64,000 bases of DNA from Turneriella sp. (GTDB lineage Bacteria > Spirochaetota > Leptospiria > Turneriellales > Turneriellaceae). The notes beneath the pieces are model-generated. The model saw only the letters and a list, made by a program, of their open reading frames with translations. It was not told where the DNA came from and did not search any database. The first letter of the stretch is position 1. Each line of letters opens with the position of its first letter. This document shows positions 49,085-60,035 of the stretch, piece after piece. The translations under genes and the position numbers were made by a program. The stretch is taken from NCBI GenBank assembly GCA_965279515.1, contig CBDIID010000003.1:1184001-1248000 (forward strand). Direction: 5' to 3'.

Positions 49085-50674
49085 TTGGACACAGCGACAA
49101 AATACGATACCATCTTCATTGGCTCGGGTATCGGATCGATACTGTGCGCGGCGCTTTTGGCGCGGTATCGCAACGAAAAAATTCTCATCCTGGAAAAACA
49201 TTTTACTCCCGGCGGCTTCACGCATACCTTTAAGCGCAAAAACAAATTCTTCTGGGACGTCGGCATCCACTACATCGGCGACCTGCAGGAAGGCTCGATA
49301 TTAAAAAAGCTCTTCGACCTGCTCTCCGGCGGCACGCTTCAATGGCAGAAGATGCCGCCGCTGTTTGAAAAATTCGTCTATCCCGACATGACCTTCTCTG
49401 TCTACGACGACGTCGCGCGCTACCAGGCGGATCTTGTAAAACTGTTCCCCGCAGAAGCAGAAAACATCGGCAAATATTTTGAAGATATTAAGAAAGTCAA
49501 TACCTGGTTCGGGCGTCACGTTTCGATCAGGGGCCGCGCGCCCTATACCGATCACGTCGAGCAGGGTTTCGTCGACAAAGAAGGTTTTAACCCGCGGCTA
49601 TCGACCAAGGCATATCTCGACTTCCGTTTTAAGGATGATAAACTCAAGGCGATTGTCGTCTCGCAATGGGGCAACTACGGACTGCCGCCGGCTCAGAGTT
49701 CGTTCATTATCCATGCAGCGGTGGTGCAGCATTATTTCGCCGGCGGTTATTATCCTCTGGGCGGCTCGCATAAGATTTTCGAATCGATCGAACATACCAT
49801 CGCTGAAAAGGGCGGCACCTACCTGACTTCGCACCAGGTCAATGAGATCATCATCGAAAATGGCAAGGCCGTCGGCGTGCGCGCACAGGCGCTGCGCGAA
49901 CCGGGGGCGCCGGTAAAGGAATTTTACGCAGATAAAATTATCTCGGATGCGGGGGCGTATAATACCTACCAAAAACTTCTCTCTGGTCAACAGGTCCCGT
50001 TCCGCGGCCAACTCGAAGAATTCTACAAGAAGCATCCCTGTGTGAGTAATGTCACGCTTTACCTCGGCCTGAAAGACGACCCGAGAAAAATCGGCTTTGG
50101 CGGCGAAAACCACTGGATCTATCCCGGCTACGACCACGACGCGAACTTCAACGGCGGCTATAACTGGGTAGAAAAGGGTGAAGTCGTCGGCGCCTACCTG
50201 TCGTTCCCTTCGCTGAAAAACGCCGAGACAAAGGCGCACACGGCAGAAATCATTGCCTTCACCGATTATGCTTTTTTTGAACGTTGGAAAGAGCAGCCGT
50301 GGAAAAAACGCGATGCAGAGTATAAGGAGATCAAGGAAAAGATAGCCGATGCCCTCATCGCTTTTGTAAACCGGCATTATCCTGGCTTTGCGGACCTTGT
50401 GGAATTCCGCGAACTTTCGACGCCGATCACGACCGAACACTTTTCTTCGCACCCGCGGGGCAGCATCTACGGCGTCGCCTGCACGCCCGAGCGTTTTGTC
50501 GCCGCCGAGGCGCCGTGGTGCAATCCCGTTTCGCCGTTTGAAAATCTTTACCTGACAGGCGCAGACGTCTCGTCCCCGGGAGTGGCCGGCGCCATGATGG
50601 GCGCGGTGGCAACCTTGTCGCAACTGAAGAACGGCTTCAAGCTACTCGATCTCATGCGGTTGCAGGTGAGCTGA
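49085..50674 (+). CDS. Phytoene desaturase / retinol saturase-like FAD oxidoreductase
   Basis: IGSGIG Rossmann motif, LEKH..PGG..HTF, WDVGIHY, STP.T, GSIYG and NLYLTGAD; TTG start with RBS GAGG. Confidence 0.88.
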   Translation: MDTATKYDTIFIGSGIGSILCAALLARYRNEKILILEKHFTPGGFTHTFKRKNKFFWDVGIHYIGDLQEGSILKKLFDLLSGGTLQWQKMPPLFEKFVYPDMTFSVYDDVARYQADLVKLFPAEAENIGKYFEDIKKVNTWFGRHVSIRGRAPYTDHVEQGFVDKEGFNPRLSTKAYLDFRFKDDKLKAIVVSQWGNYGLPPAQSSFIIHAAVVQHYFAGGYYPLGGSHKIFESIEHTIAEKGGTYLTSHQVNEIIIENGKAVGVRAQALREPGAPVKEFYADKIISDAGAYNTYQKLLSGQQVPFRGQLEEFYKKHPCVSNVTLYLGLKDDPRKIGFGGENHWIYPGYDHDANFNGGYNWVEKGEVVGAYLSFPSLKNAETKAHTAEIIAFTDYAFFERWKEQPWKKRDAEYKEIKEKIADALIAFVNRHYPGFADLVEFRELSTPITTEHFSSHPRGSIYGVACTPERFVAAEAPWCNPVSPFENLYLTGADVSSPGVAGAMMGAVATLSQLKNGFKLLDLMRLQVS

Positions 50675-50753
50675 CACAAAACGTGAGGAAATCCCCCTGT
50701 TTGCTGCTGAAAACACTTGACGGAGCCGTCGCCGACAAAGCACGGGTGACATA

Positions 50754-51545
50754 ATGCCCATTGATCCCAAGAAGTACGAAGAGACCGATGAGCAAGTTCT
50801 GTGGGAAGACTATAAAAAGACCAAAGAACCCAAATTACGCGAATATTTCATCAAAAAATACGCCCCCCTGGTCAAATATGTGGCCGGAAAAGTGGCCGTC
50901 GGCATGCCGCACAACGTCGAATTTGACGATTTGGTGAGCTACGGCACATTTGGCCTTCTCGACGCCATTGAAAAATACGACCCCTCGAAAGAGGTAAAAT
51001 TTAAAACCTATGCCATGACCCGTGTGCGCGGCGGCATCTTTGACGAACTCAGGAATGTCGACTGGATTCCGCGTTCGATCAGGCAGAAGGCAAAGCAGGT
51101 TGAGAAAATTATTCTCGAACTGGAAAACCGCATGGGCCGCACCGCAGAAGACGAAGAGATTGCCCAGGAGCTCGATATCGATATCGAAGAGTTCCACGAA
51201 CTGATGTCGAAGATCTCGGGCACCTCGCTCATATCACTCAACGACGTCTGGCACGGCAACGACGAAAACGAAGAGATGGTTTTTGTCGACACACTCGAAT
51301 CCCCCGAAGCGCTCAATCCCGACACGATCGTTGAGCGCGAAGAAATTAAAAACATGATCGTGGAATGCATTAAAAAACTGCCAGACCGCGAAAAAAAGGT
51401 CGTTGTGCTCTATTATTATGAAGACCTGACGCTCAAAGAAATCGGCGAAGTGCTCGAAGTCACCGAATCACGCGTGTCGCAGCTGCACACCAAGGCGATC
51501 ATGCGCCTACGCGGCCGGCTCTCTCAGATGAAAAGTCTGATGTGA
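50754..51545 (+). CDS. fliA: RNA polymerase sigma-28 factor (FliA/WhiG family)
   Basis: DDLVSYG.FGL.DAI.K, FKTYA..R.RG.I.DELR..DW.PRS.R and [24 protein letters not shown] motifs. Confidence 0.95.
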   Translation: MPIDPKKYEETDEQVLWEDYKKTKEPKLREYFIKKYAPLVKYVAGKVAVGMPHNVEFDDLVSYGTFGLLDAIEKYDPSKEVKFKTYAMTRVRGGIFDELRNVDWIPRSIRQKAKQVEKIILELENRMGRTAEDEEIAQELDIDIEEFHELMSKISGTSLISLNDVWHGNDENEEMVFVDTLESPEALNPDTIVEREEIKNMIVECIKKLPDREKKVVVLYYYEDLTLKEIGEVLEVTESRVSQLHTKAIMRLRGRLSQMKSLM

Positions 51546-52357
51546 TCCATCCCTCGAAAATCATCAAAGAACTGGGCATTGCCCCCTTAAAAAAACTCGG
51601 CCAGAATTTCCAGATCGATACCCATGTTGTCGCAAATGCCGCGGCCATTATACCCGCCGACGCGGTCATTCTCGAAATCGGCCCGGGCCTCGGCGCCTGG
51701 ACAGAGGTTTTTCTCGCACGCGGCCACAGCATGGTGCTCGCTGAAAAGGACCGCACCCTCGCAGAACGTATGCGTACGATATACGCGGGCGATGCCCGCA
51801 TCGAAGTCATCGAAGGAGATTTTCTCGAACAGGATATCCATGGCCAGCCGATCGCGCGTTGTACCGCGGCTGTGGGTAACCTGCCCTTCTATGTCACGTC
51901 AGAGTTGCTTTTGCGCCTCATCGTCGACTGCACATTCATCACGCATGGCCTGTTTGGCGTGCAGCTGGAGGTCGCCGAGCGCCTGGTCTCAGGCCGCGGT
52001 TCTTCGCTGGCGATCGCGCTGGGCTCGCAAGGAAAAATCCAGAATGCGGGAAAGATCGCGCGCACGAGTTTTTATCCCGCTCCCGCCGTCGACGCGGCAA
52101 TCATCGCTTTTACCCGCAGCCCGGCGCCACGCCGGCCGCACTTAAGGTTGCTGCTGAAGGCAGCATTCTGGGGTAAACGCAAGACTCTCGGCACGGCGCT
52201 GAGAAAAAATCCCTTCTGGGAAAAGGACGCCGCAGCGGTGGCGTGGCCGCAGAAACTCGAAAACCTGCCCTCGCCGCTGGGGGATATCCTGACACGCCGC
52301 GCCGACGACCTTTCGATAGCCGAATTTACGGCACTCTATGACGCGCTTATGTCTTGA
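51542..52357 (+). CDS. rsmA: 16S rRNA adenine dimethyltransferase
   Basis: [26 protein letters not shown] and KRKTL motifs. Confidence 0.9.
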   Translation: MIHPSKIIKELGIAPLKKLGQNFQIDTHVVANAAAIIPADAVILEIGPGLGAWTEVFLARGHSMVLAEKDRTLAERMRTIYAGDARIEVIEGDFLEQDIHGQPIARCTAAVGNLPFYVTSELLLRLIVDCTFITHGLFGVQLEVAERLVSGRGSSLAIALGSQGKIQNAGKIARTSFYPAPAVDAAIIAFTRSPAPRRPHLRLLLKAAFWGKRKTLGTALRKNPFWEKDAAAVAWPQKLENLPSPLGDILTRRADDLSIAEFTALYDALMS

Positions 52358-52393
52358 CATGCTTGCCTTGAGATTGGTCTTTACGGCAATCTG

Positions 52394-54874
52394 ATGCAGA
52401 CTATTGCAGAGCGCGGCGGCGCAAATCAACAAGTAACCCCCGGACAGGTCGTCGCCGCCAAAGGCCAGATCGTCAAATCACTGATCATTCTGCAAAAAGG
52501 GCAGGTCTCGGTCAACAGCGTTGAGACCGGGCAGATGGGGCAGGCAATTCTGCGCCCGCTCTATAACGTCAACGCGCCTGCGGTTATCGCGGGGGCATCA
52601 CTGTTTTCACAGGCGCGCAACGGCTATCATATCGTCACCTCGGCGGCGTCTGAAATCAGCGTCTACCCGAGTAATAAAGAATACCTGCTGAAACTGATCG
52701 CAGCCAAGCCCAATATCGGCGTTCTCGCGCTGAAATCTGTCTACAAAGATCTCACCGATCTTGAGGCAAAACAGGAACAGGCAGAGCAGACCTGGCACCA
52801 GCTCGACACTTTTGAGCTGGGCTTTTCAATCGCGCTGAGCGCGCTCCTGCCTGAGAAGTTCACGGGCGAAGAAAAAGCTACCGGTTTTGCCGACCCGCTT
52901 TTACCGGTGGCGCGCGTGCAGGTACAAGACTTTGTCGAACGCGGCGGCAATATTGTAAAACCCCTCAATGTTAATTTTTTGCGTTCGGCAAAAAACCAGA
53001 TTGAAACTGTTTCCGAAAAGAAGAGCGATTCGAACGCGGTGACGCTGTTGCGCCGCCTCGTCTCGCTGCCGCAAGATGCGCTGGCCATCATCGCCGTGCG
53101 CGACCCGCAACTATTACACACGACGGCAGAGACCGTTGCCGAACTCATCACCGCGAAGGGAGCGGAAATAGACAAAATTCTCGCAAACATGCAGAGTTTT
53201 CTCTCGCGCATGCTGGTCGGTGATTATGCCTGGCTTTCAAAATTTGCTCTGCAGGCCGAGCTCATGGAGTCGAATTCCAACACAGCGAGCCGCGATGACA
53301 TTTTCGCGGCCTGCGGTTTTTTTGCCGAGGGCTTCGCGGCGCTGCGCGATAAACTCTTAACCTTCGCCGAAATTGCCTACCCGCCCTACCCGCAGCCGTC
53401 GCTCCAGAAAATCCAGAAGGCCGCTTCGCAAAAAGATCCGGTCAAAGCCGCGCCGGCTGCAGAGGCGCAGTCTACGGAAATGGCGGGCGATCTTTCCGAA
53501 TTCCAGAATTCCGTGGACAAGATTCTCGAATGGAGCGAGACACCAGCCGATAAAACCACGCAGTTTAAAAAAGACTGGGACACCCTGAAAAAATTCAAAA
53601 ACCCGCTCGATGCATCTGACGACGACATACGCAAGCTGCGTCGTCGCGTCAGTCTGCAGTACTGGGATATCTTCGAGCGCGCCATGCTGAAGTACCTGAA
53701 AAAGCGTGCCGACCTGCCCCGCTACATGCGCCTGTTTTTTGACTATGGTTTCATGGACGAGACCCAGCTCGACGCCGAACACATGACGACGCTGGTCAAT
53801 GCCAGTTATGGCAAGGGTGATCCATGGCTGCCGATTTATACAGTCACCGAATGGCTCGCTGCGATCTATGACCGCAAGGTCACAACGAGCGTGAGCGAGA
53901 TGGGGCTCACCTTCTTCGAAACACTACGCCAGGACCCGGGTAACCGCGACAAAAAGTGGCGGCGTGAAAGCGACCTGCCCCCTGACGTCAATTCACCCGA
54001 AGCACGGGTCAAATTCGAAATAAAAGAAATGCTGCAGATGAACTGCCGCCTTTGCTCCGGTAACATCTCAAGCCATCTCAACATTCTCACGCGCCACCAG
54101 ATCACGCAGCCGCTCTCGAAGGTGCTGATCACAAAAGACACCGTGGTCGCTGAAGTGAGAAAAATCGTCGGCACCGATTTCGGCGCATTCCACCGCGAAG
54201 TCCTTTATACTAACGAGGCGATGAATATCCAGCGCGAATTTATCCAGGTACAGATCACGCCGAATATCGTGCTTGTGCCTTCGATCGGTACGGTCATCCA
54301 GTTCTGGCAAGACCGCGAGGGTAACGACCGCATGTCGCGCGGCCGCCTCATTGGACCGATTATGGTCACTGCAGACCTGCATATGATGCTGCTGCGCGCG
54401 ATCGGCACCTACCGCTGGGAAATGTGCAAGACCACGATGGGTCCTGACTGGAACAATATTTCCGTTTCATCGCTCACGGCCGACTACACCGACTACGTGC
54501 AGTTTTATTATAAGAGTAAAGAGCTTTCCGAAGAAATCAAGGAAAAGCTCGGCGAAGATTTTAAGCGTTTCCGCGACGACCGTGCGCGCTTCGTCAACGA
54601 CTACTCGGTCTATATGCGTTTTGAATCCGATGGTTCGCAGAGGATGAACCGCGTTTCACGCAAGATATTCACAAAACATGTGCCTTTCTCCAAAGAGATC
54701 CGCGAGCGCCTCTTGAAGCTGCCGAGTTATACCGACGTGGTGCAAAAGTCGATCAACATCCGTAAGAAAAAGGCCAACGAACTCACGCCCCGTTATACGA
54801 AATACGAGCGCGAGAATAAGGCATTGCCGAAAGAACTGAGCGAGACGCGCAAATTCTATAACATGGAATACTAA
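52394..54874 (+). CDS. Large protein with a degenerate N-terminal cyclic-nucleotide-binding-like domain
   Basis: N-terminal L.IL.KG.V.V beta-roll pattern followed by a long helical region; 826 aa. Confidence 0.65.
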   Translation: MQTIAERGGANQQVTPGQVVAAKGQIVKSLIILQKGQVSVNSVETGQMGQAILRPLYNVNAPAVIAGASLFSQARNGYHIVTSAASEISVYPSNKEYLLKLIAAKPNIGVLALKSVYKDLTDLEAKQEQAEQTWHQLDTFELGFSIALSALLPEKFTGEEKATGFADPLLPVARVQVQDFVERGGNIVKPLNVNFLRSAKNQIETVSEKKSDSNAVTLLRRLVSLPQDALAIIAVRDPQLLHTTAETVAELITAKGAEIDKILANMQSFLSRMLVGDYAWLSKFALQAELMESNSNTASRDDIFAACGFFAEGFAALRDKLLTFAEIAYPPYPQPSLQKIQKAASQKDPVKAAPAAEAQSTEMAGDLSEFQNSVDKILEWSETPADKTTQFKKDWDTLKKFKNPLDASDDDIRKLRRRVSLQYWDIFERAMLKYLKKRADLPRYMRLFFDYGFMDETQLDAEHMTTLVNASYGKGDPWLPIYTVTEWLAAIYDRKVTTSVSEMGLTFFETLRQDPGNRDKKWRRESDLPPDVNSPEARVKFEIKEMLQMNCRLCSGNISSHLNILTRHQITQPLSKVLITKDTVVAEVRKIVGTDFGAFHREVLYTNEAMNIQREFIQVQITPNIVLVPSIGTVIQFWQDREGNDRMSRGRLIGPIMVTADLHMMLLRAIGTYRWEMCKTTMGPDWNNISVSSLTADYTDYVQFYYKSKELSEEIKEKLGEDFKRFRDDRARFVNDYSVYMRFESDGSQRMNRVSRKIFTKHVPFSKEIRERLLKLPSYTDVVQKSINIRKKKANELTPRYTKYERENKALPKELSETRKFYNMEY

Positions 54875-54915
54875 ACAGGCACAGGCACCGTCCAAAGTCC
54901 CATTGAATTTTTTCT

Positions 54916-57417
54916 ATGAGGCATGTTTCGCAGTCTCAATCTAACCAAATGGTTAATTCGAGATTAATCTTTCTGGGACTTCCTTTTCTGCTATCGCTGA
55001 GCGCCCTGGCGGCTGCACCGCTGACGATTTCAGGTAAGGTATTTAATGAAGCGAACGGTGAAGCACTTGAATTCGGCACCATTGTCATTCCCGAAGCGCA
55101 GTTTAAGAGCAGGATTAACGCAGACGGAAGTTACGCCGCCGCTGTGCCAGGGCCGGGCGAATACACTTTAATTATCACCTCACCCGGATTAAAAAACTTT
55201 TCCGAGAAAATCCGCATCGAAAAAGCACTAAAGCGGGATTTCCGCATGAGCTTACCCATCATCAAGGCCCAAACTGTTAAACTCAGGGAAGAGCGCGATA
55301 TCCAGAAACTCGGGCGCAATACTCTTTCCGTCGAACAACTCAAGGAAACACCGGCAACATTCGGCGACGCAATCAATGCGCTCGCGACGCTCCCGGGAGT
55401 GATCCGTCCCGCCGGGTTTTTCGGGCCGCTCATTATCCGCGCCGCCGGTGACAAGGCCAACCGTTATTTCATCGACGACATTCCGGTACCCAACCCGCAA
55501 CACTTCGGCGGCCTGCAATCGATCATATCGAACGATATGATGCGCGAGATTGACCTCTATTCGTCGGCCTTTCCTTCACAGTTCGGCGGTGCGGTCGGTG
55601 CGATCATTGATATCCAGACAGTCGATGAGGTTAAGGAATTCGGCGGCGTGGTGGATGTCTCACTGATCTCATCCAACTTTCTTTTGAAAAACAAATGGGG
55701 AAAAAATGCCGGGGGCGAAGTCAAAATTACGCCGCAGGCCGGTGATGAACAATATTCGCCCAACCCGCTGAGCCTGGCGGAGTATCCTAAAAAAACTGGG
55801 CCGACCGGTTACTGGATCGCTTCGGGTCGTATCGGTTACCTGACCTTACTCGTACCACCGATCTATAAACTCATCACCGGAAAAACCATCGATCGCCTGC
55901 CCGAATATTACGACTACCAGCTGAAGGGAAAAATATTCGCAGACGACGCAGGCCGGCATTCGCTGACGGCGCTGTTTTTCGGCAGCTACGACACGCTGAA
56001 ATTTACGCGCAACTACACAGATGAAGAAAAAGCAAAAAAAAGAGAGGAAGGAGACGACCCCGCGCTCGCCACCTTCAACATCAGCAACGATGTGTCTTCG
56101 CATAGCCAGGGCCTGTATTATGAATACACGCCGTCGATTAAGCTGAAAAACAGGCTCATTGCCTATAACAGCTATACATATAGCTACTTCTACGCCGATT
56201 TAGGTTCCACGAGTAATATTGGTGCGACCGATCTCAAAGTATATCCCAATATCTTCGGCCTGAAGGATAAGCTGAAACTCGATTGGGCAAATTTTGCTAC
56301 ACTGCGCGCCGCAATCGAATACAACCTGTATTATTTCAAATCGAGCGGGCAGACGCAGCAACTGACATCAGCGGCGCCGACGAATGGCCAGCCCGATCTC
56401 GGCAACAGCGGGCTGTTCCAGACCGTGCCGGTGAATTTTAACGAACAGAACCACCTTGCATCCGCGTATGCGGAAAACAAATTCCAGTTCGGCAGTCTGA
56501 AATTTGTGCCGGGTATCCGCAGCGATTTTCTGTCGCGCACGAAAACTGCAACATTCGATCCGCGCGGGCTGATCAGCTATGAATTCCCCAGCGAAACGAC
56601 CATTGCGGTTGCTGCGGGACAGTACCAGTCCTTTGCGCAGGTAAACACCTTCTACTTCAATCAGATTTTCAACCAACAGCCGCAAATTGTCGTGGCGGAT
56701 TACCTGAAACCCGAGCGGGCAATCCACCGCACCGTGGGCATCGAACAAAGACTCGATACTTTTATTTTCAAACTCGAGGGTTTCATGAACGACTTCGACC
56801 GGCTGCTCGAATCGAATACCGGTTCCACAAACGGAGAATATTTCAAGAACACCGGAGAACTCAGGGCACGCGGCCTCGAATTCATGATCCGCAAGGACAA
56901 GAGCGATAAGGCGGTCGAATTCTATGGCTGGATCAGCTACACCTACACCCAGGGTGAAAGATTCCGCAACGGGCAATGGGGTCGCTTCGAGTTTGAGCAA
57001 CCACATTCCTTGAAGCTGGTTGCGGGTTTCCGCTGGGGTGCCAACACTATAGGAGCCCAGTTTCAACTCTACTCGGGTTTTCCCTACACGCCAATTGTCG
57101 GCGGCGCATGCACGGGCGGCAACTATACCTGCTCAAGCGCCGAAACCACACGCTACTCACCCACATACGATTCAAGCCTCTATGGCGGACGGTATCCTTT
57201 GTCGCACCGCCTCGATATCCGTTACACGCGCAAGACCGCGTATAAGTGGGGGTACTTCAGCTGGTATATCGAAATCATTAACATCTACAATTATGCAGCG
57301 GCGAGTCAGCAAAAATGGAATTATAACCAGCCTTACTCCGACTCAAACCCAAAGATTCAGGTGCCCGACGGGGTGTTGACGCTGATCCCCTACTTCGGCC
57401 TCGAGTGGCGGTTCTAG
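54916..57417 (+). CDS. TonB-dependent receptor
   Basis: Signal peptide, N-terminal ISGKV...GE.L domain, plug (GD....L..LPGV, IIR, IDD.PV, FP..FGG..G.IID), barrel with terminal F. Confidence 0.9.
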   Translation: MRHVSQSQSNQMVNSRLIFLGLPFLLSLSALAAAPLTISGKVFNEANGEALEFGTIVIPEAQFKSRINADGSYAAAVPGPGEYTLIITSPGLKNFSEKIRIEKALKRDFRMSLPIIKAQTVKLREERDIQKLGRNTLSVEQLKETPATFGDAINALATLPGVIRPAGFFGPLIIRAAGDKANRYFIDDIPVPNPQHFGGLQSIISNDMMREIDLYSSAFPSQFGGAVGAIIDIQTVDEVKEFGGVVDVSLISSNFLLKNKWGKNAGGEVKITPQAGDEQYSPNPLSLAEYPKKTGPTGYWIASGRIGYLTLLVPPIYKLITGKTIDRLPEYYDYQLKGKIFADDAGRHSLTALFFGSYDTLKFTRNYTDEEKAKKREEGDDPALATFNISNDVSSHSQGLYYEYTPSIKLKNRLIAYNSYTYSYFYADLGSTSNIGATDLKVYPNIFGLKDKLKLDWANFATLRAAIEYNLYYFKSSGQTQQLTSAAPTNGQPDLGNSGLFQTVPVNFNEQNHLASAYAENKFQFGSLKFVPGIRSDFLSRTKTATFDPRGLISYEFPSETTIAVAAGQYQSFAQVNTFYFNQIFNQQPQIVVADYLKPERAIHRTVGIEQRLDTFIFKLEGFMNDFDRLLESNTGSTNGEYFKNTGELRARGLEFMIRKDKSDKAVEFYGWISYTYTQGERFRNGQWGRFEFEQPHSLKLVAGFRWGANTIGAQFQLYSGFPYTPIVGGACTGGNYTCSSAETTRYSPTYDSSLYGGRYPLSHRLDIRYTRKTAYKWGYFSWYIEIINIYNYAAASQQKWNYNQPYSDSNPKIQVPDGVLTLIPYFGLEWRF

Positions 57418-57449
57418 CAGGCCGTGGAAAGTTTTCTTTCCGTGGCCTG
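57418..57449 (+). terminator. Stem-loop between convergent genes
   Basis: CAGGCCGTGGAAAG-TTTT-CTTTCCGTGGCCTG, 14 bp with two G-U pairs on the plus-strand RNA; weak U tract. Confidence 0.6.
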
Positions 57450-59567
57450 TTAGAATTCAATGAATGTGTAGAGATTGCGGGTCGTTTTACCGAACTCGCT
57501 TTCTTTAATAATAAATTTGAATCCCTGGCGGGCGACGATGTCTTCGATGGCTTTACCGGCTTGCCCGGCATGCACGACTGCAAGGTGAGACGGGCTCAGC
57601 AATAATATCTTCTCGCCTTCAACGAGTTTTTCAGAGATCTCGTGCATCAGGGTCAGAATCTGATCGAGCGGCAGCGATGATTCAAAGACGAACTGTGCAA
57701 TAACCGGTGCGACTTCACCCGTCAGGGAAATGCTCTCTTTGAGCTCGCGCACCGCCCAGTCGGCAAGATCGCGCGGATTATCTGTTTCTTTGTCCCTCTC
57801 TATAAAGAACATCTGGATTGCCGGTGCGATTTGCCGCAGGTAACTCTTCACGGTGGTAATGACCTCGGCGTCCGCGAGAGCTCCGCCGCGCGCGCTGTCG
57901 AAAAAGACGACGCGCGCTTTGATAAAACTTTCGGCCAGCGTAAAAATGTGCAGGCCCTTCAGGGTCTCGGCAAAGCCTGCGGGAAACCTTTTCTTAAAAT
58001 AAGGATTTTTGCGAAGATTCGGCGTAATTTCAATATAGCTGTAGTCGGTCACATCGTTCGGCAAAACGGAGTCTTTGGGTAGAAGATAGAATACTTTCGA
58101 CAATTCATCCGGCGCACCAAAGACAAAACCTGTTTTAAAAACAGCGTGTCCCGGATCATAGAGCATAACGGCAAAATCGCGCGATTGCACGGCGTCACCC
58201 GCGACACGCATCGCCTCGGCAAGCTCAGTCTGGCCGACTTCGTCGAAATAAAGCTCGTTGAGGTAATAGATATACTGGTCGATCGCCGGGTAACGGTAAG
58301 TTTCCTGAAAGTCATCGATGAGCTTCGTCAGGTCAGAAGGTGTCGGGGTAATTTCGGCCACAGGCCCTGAGGGCGCCGCCATCGCCGCCATCAGGGTTTT
58401 AAGTTCGTCGCTGAAGGCGCGCTCGCGCAGTTTCTGCTCGTGTTCGCCGAGTTTTTTCGCTTCGATCGGCCGCGGTGATCTCACCAGCGCCGGATTCATA
58501 AAGCGGAACTGCCGGTTCTCTGGCATAACGTCGATGACCAGCGGTACGGCCTGCGGCGGTTTTGCCTCTGTTACGATAGTCCGTCCCTCGCGGATCTTGG
58601 CTTCGATAGCCGCGGCGCGTGAAGCCGTGCTCTGCGATGCCAGCTTTTCCGTGACGTCTTTTTCCCTGTCGATCTCGCCTAACTTTTCGAGTTCGTCGAG
58701 CACTCCGCTCTGCGCATGGAGTGCCTTCGAGTGTGCGGCGAGAATACGTTCGGAAATTTCGCGCCGGGTATAATTGCTGTTCATATGCCCGCGCACAATA
58801 CCGACGAACGCGGCGATCAGCAGCAGCAGGCCGAAATAGAGACTCAGGTAGGTATAAAGCGGGGGTAGCTCGGACACCTGGAAGAGAATCATATTCTCTT
58901 CGAGCCAGGTACGCCTGAGCGAGAGGTAGCGGTTACCGCGCACGGTCATAGAACGCTCGGGCCGTGTCTGCTGCGACAGGAGCACTCCGATCAGCTTTTT
59001 TTCTTCGGCATTGAAAACATCGCGGGAAAACGCTGCGACGGTAGTAAAATCATACGTCGCGGCAAACAGCGTGGCAAAAGTGTTCTTGAGATCGGGCCTG
59101 ACTATGAAAACGATGTGCCCGAGGCGTTTGCCCGTAAAATCGCTGATATCATGGCGACGTAACAGGCCGCCCTCGGCGAGGTTACTGCGTTGTTTTTTCT
59201 CACGCACGAGGCTACGCTCGCGGTCTGCCAGATCGCGGCCGGAACGCGCCAGGGTAATAAAGTTTTTATCGAGTACGATCGCCGATTCGACGAGATCGGC
59301 ATTGCGGTTCAGATCGCGTAAATCCACATCGCGCTTGTCTGCCTTGTTGCCGCCCGCGCGCACACCCAGGAGGCGGAAAAAATCACCGTTGCGGTTTCGT
59401 AACGCCACGTCTTCGTCGAGTCGTTCGATGTCGGCATGCAGGTTGTCGAAACGCGTTTCGGCCAGCGATGCCACGCGGTTAATAAATGCGAAACGTTCTG
59501 CCCAGAACGCCGCAACACCGGTTACTAACGCGAGCGCGGCAAAGAGGTAATTACGGGCCATGGACAA
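57450..59567 (-). CDS. Hypothetical membrane protein (two TMs flanking a periplasmic domain, large cytoplasmic region)
   Basis: 705-aa ORF with sensor-like topology; no recognisable catalytic motif. Confidence 0.7.
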   Translation of the reverse strand: MSMARNYLFAALALVTGVAAFWAERFAFINRVASLAETRFDNLHADIERLDEDVALRNRNGDFFRLLGVRAGGNKADKRDVDLRDLNRNADLVESAIVLDKNFITLARSGRDLADRERSLVREKKQRSNLAEGGLLRRHDISDFTGKRLGHIVFIVRPDLKNTFATLFAATYDFTTVAAFSRDVFNAEEKKLIGVLLSQQTRPERSMTVRGNRYLSLRRTWLEENMILFQVSELPPLYTYLSLYFGLLLLIAAFVGIVRGHMNSNYTRREISERILAAHSKALHAQSGVLDELEKLGEIDREKDVTEKLASQSTASRAAAIEAKIREGRTIVTEAKPPQAVPLVIDVMPENRQFRFMNPALVRSPRPIEAKKLGEHEQKLRERAFSDELKTLMAAMAAPSGPVAEITPTPSDLTKLIDDFQETYRYPAIDQYIYYLNELYFDEVGQTELAEAMRVAGDAVQSRDFAVMLYDPGHAVFKTGFVFGAPDELSKVFYLLPKDSVLPNDVTDYSYIEITPNLRKNPYFKKRFPAGFAETLKGLHIFTLAESFIKARVVFFDSARGGALADAEVITTVKSYLRQIAPAIQMFFIERDKETDNPRDLADWAVRELKESISLTGEVAPVIAQFVFESSLPLDQILTLMHEISEKLVEGEKILLLSPSHLAVVHAGQAGKAIEDIVARQGFKFIIKESEFGKTTRNLYTFIEF

Positions 59568-60035
59568 TCAGGTGAGCCAGCGGTAACGCTGGTACGAGGC
59601 GTATTCCTCGCCGCGGCAAAACGCTTTGACCTGCGGCAGACAATCCGGAAAAAAAGCTATTTCGTCGATTCTGTTGATGGGAATCCAGTCATACCCGGCA
59701 AGAGCACCCTCGCGTTTGACCTCGATGTTGCCCTCGATAGTATCGATCTGGAAGACCATCTGAAAGACCTGGGTGCGCCGCGACTCGGCGGGCACTGACT
59801 CTCCGCAGAACAAAAACTTGCCCACGGTGACCTTGAGGCTCAACTCCTCTTGCCATTCACGGCTGAGCGCTTCGACTGCCGACTCACCGGTTTCCTGCCC
59901 GCCGCCGGGCAACAGGTAATATTCGCGCCCGGCCTTGCGGTGTTTGACGAGTAAAATATTTCCACCGCGGGCATAGATGCCCGCGATACGATGGCGGATA
60001 GCCTGGCGGCCCACAAGGAAATTAGGCACGCCCAT
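59568..60035 (-). CDS. NUDIX hydrolase
   Basis: LPGGGQETGES..EAL.REW.EEL Nudix box; ATG 60035 overlaps the upstream TAA. Confidence 0.88.
   Translation of the reverse strand: MGVPNFLVGRQAIRHRIAGIYARGGNILLVKHRKAGREYYLLPGGGQETGESAVEALSREWQEELSLKVTVGKFLFCGESVPAESRRTQVFQMVFQIDTIEGNIEVKREGALAGYDWIPINRIDEIAFFPDCLPQVKAFCRGEEYASYQRYRWLT

Noticed and set aside
49598..50623. 341-aa antisense ORF, and similar shadow ORFs such as 5292-6026, 35655-36473 and 56368-57066
   Set aside because: They overlap well-supported genes, have no motifs, and are expected from codon bias in GC-rich DNA.
54875..54915. Cobalamin/TPP riboswitch or arrest leader upstream of the TonB receptor
   Set aside because: Only ~40 nt of intergenic sequence, with no aptamer motif or uORF.
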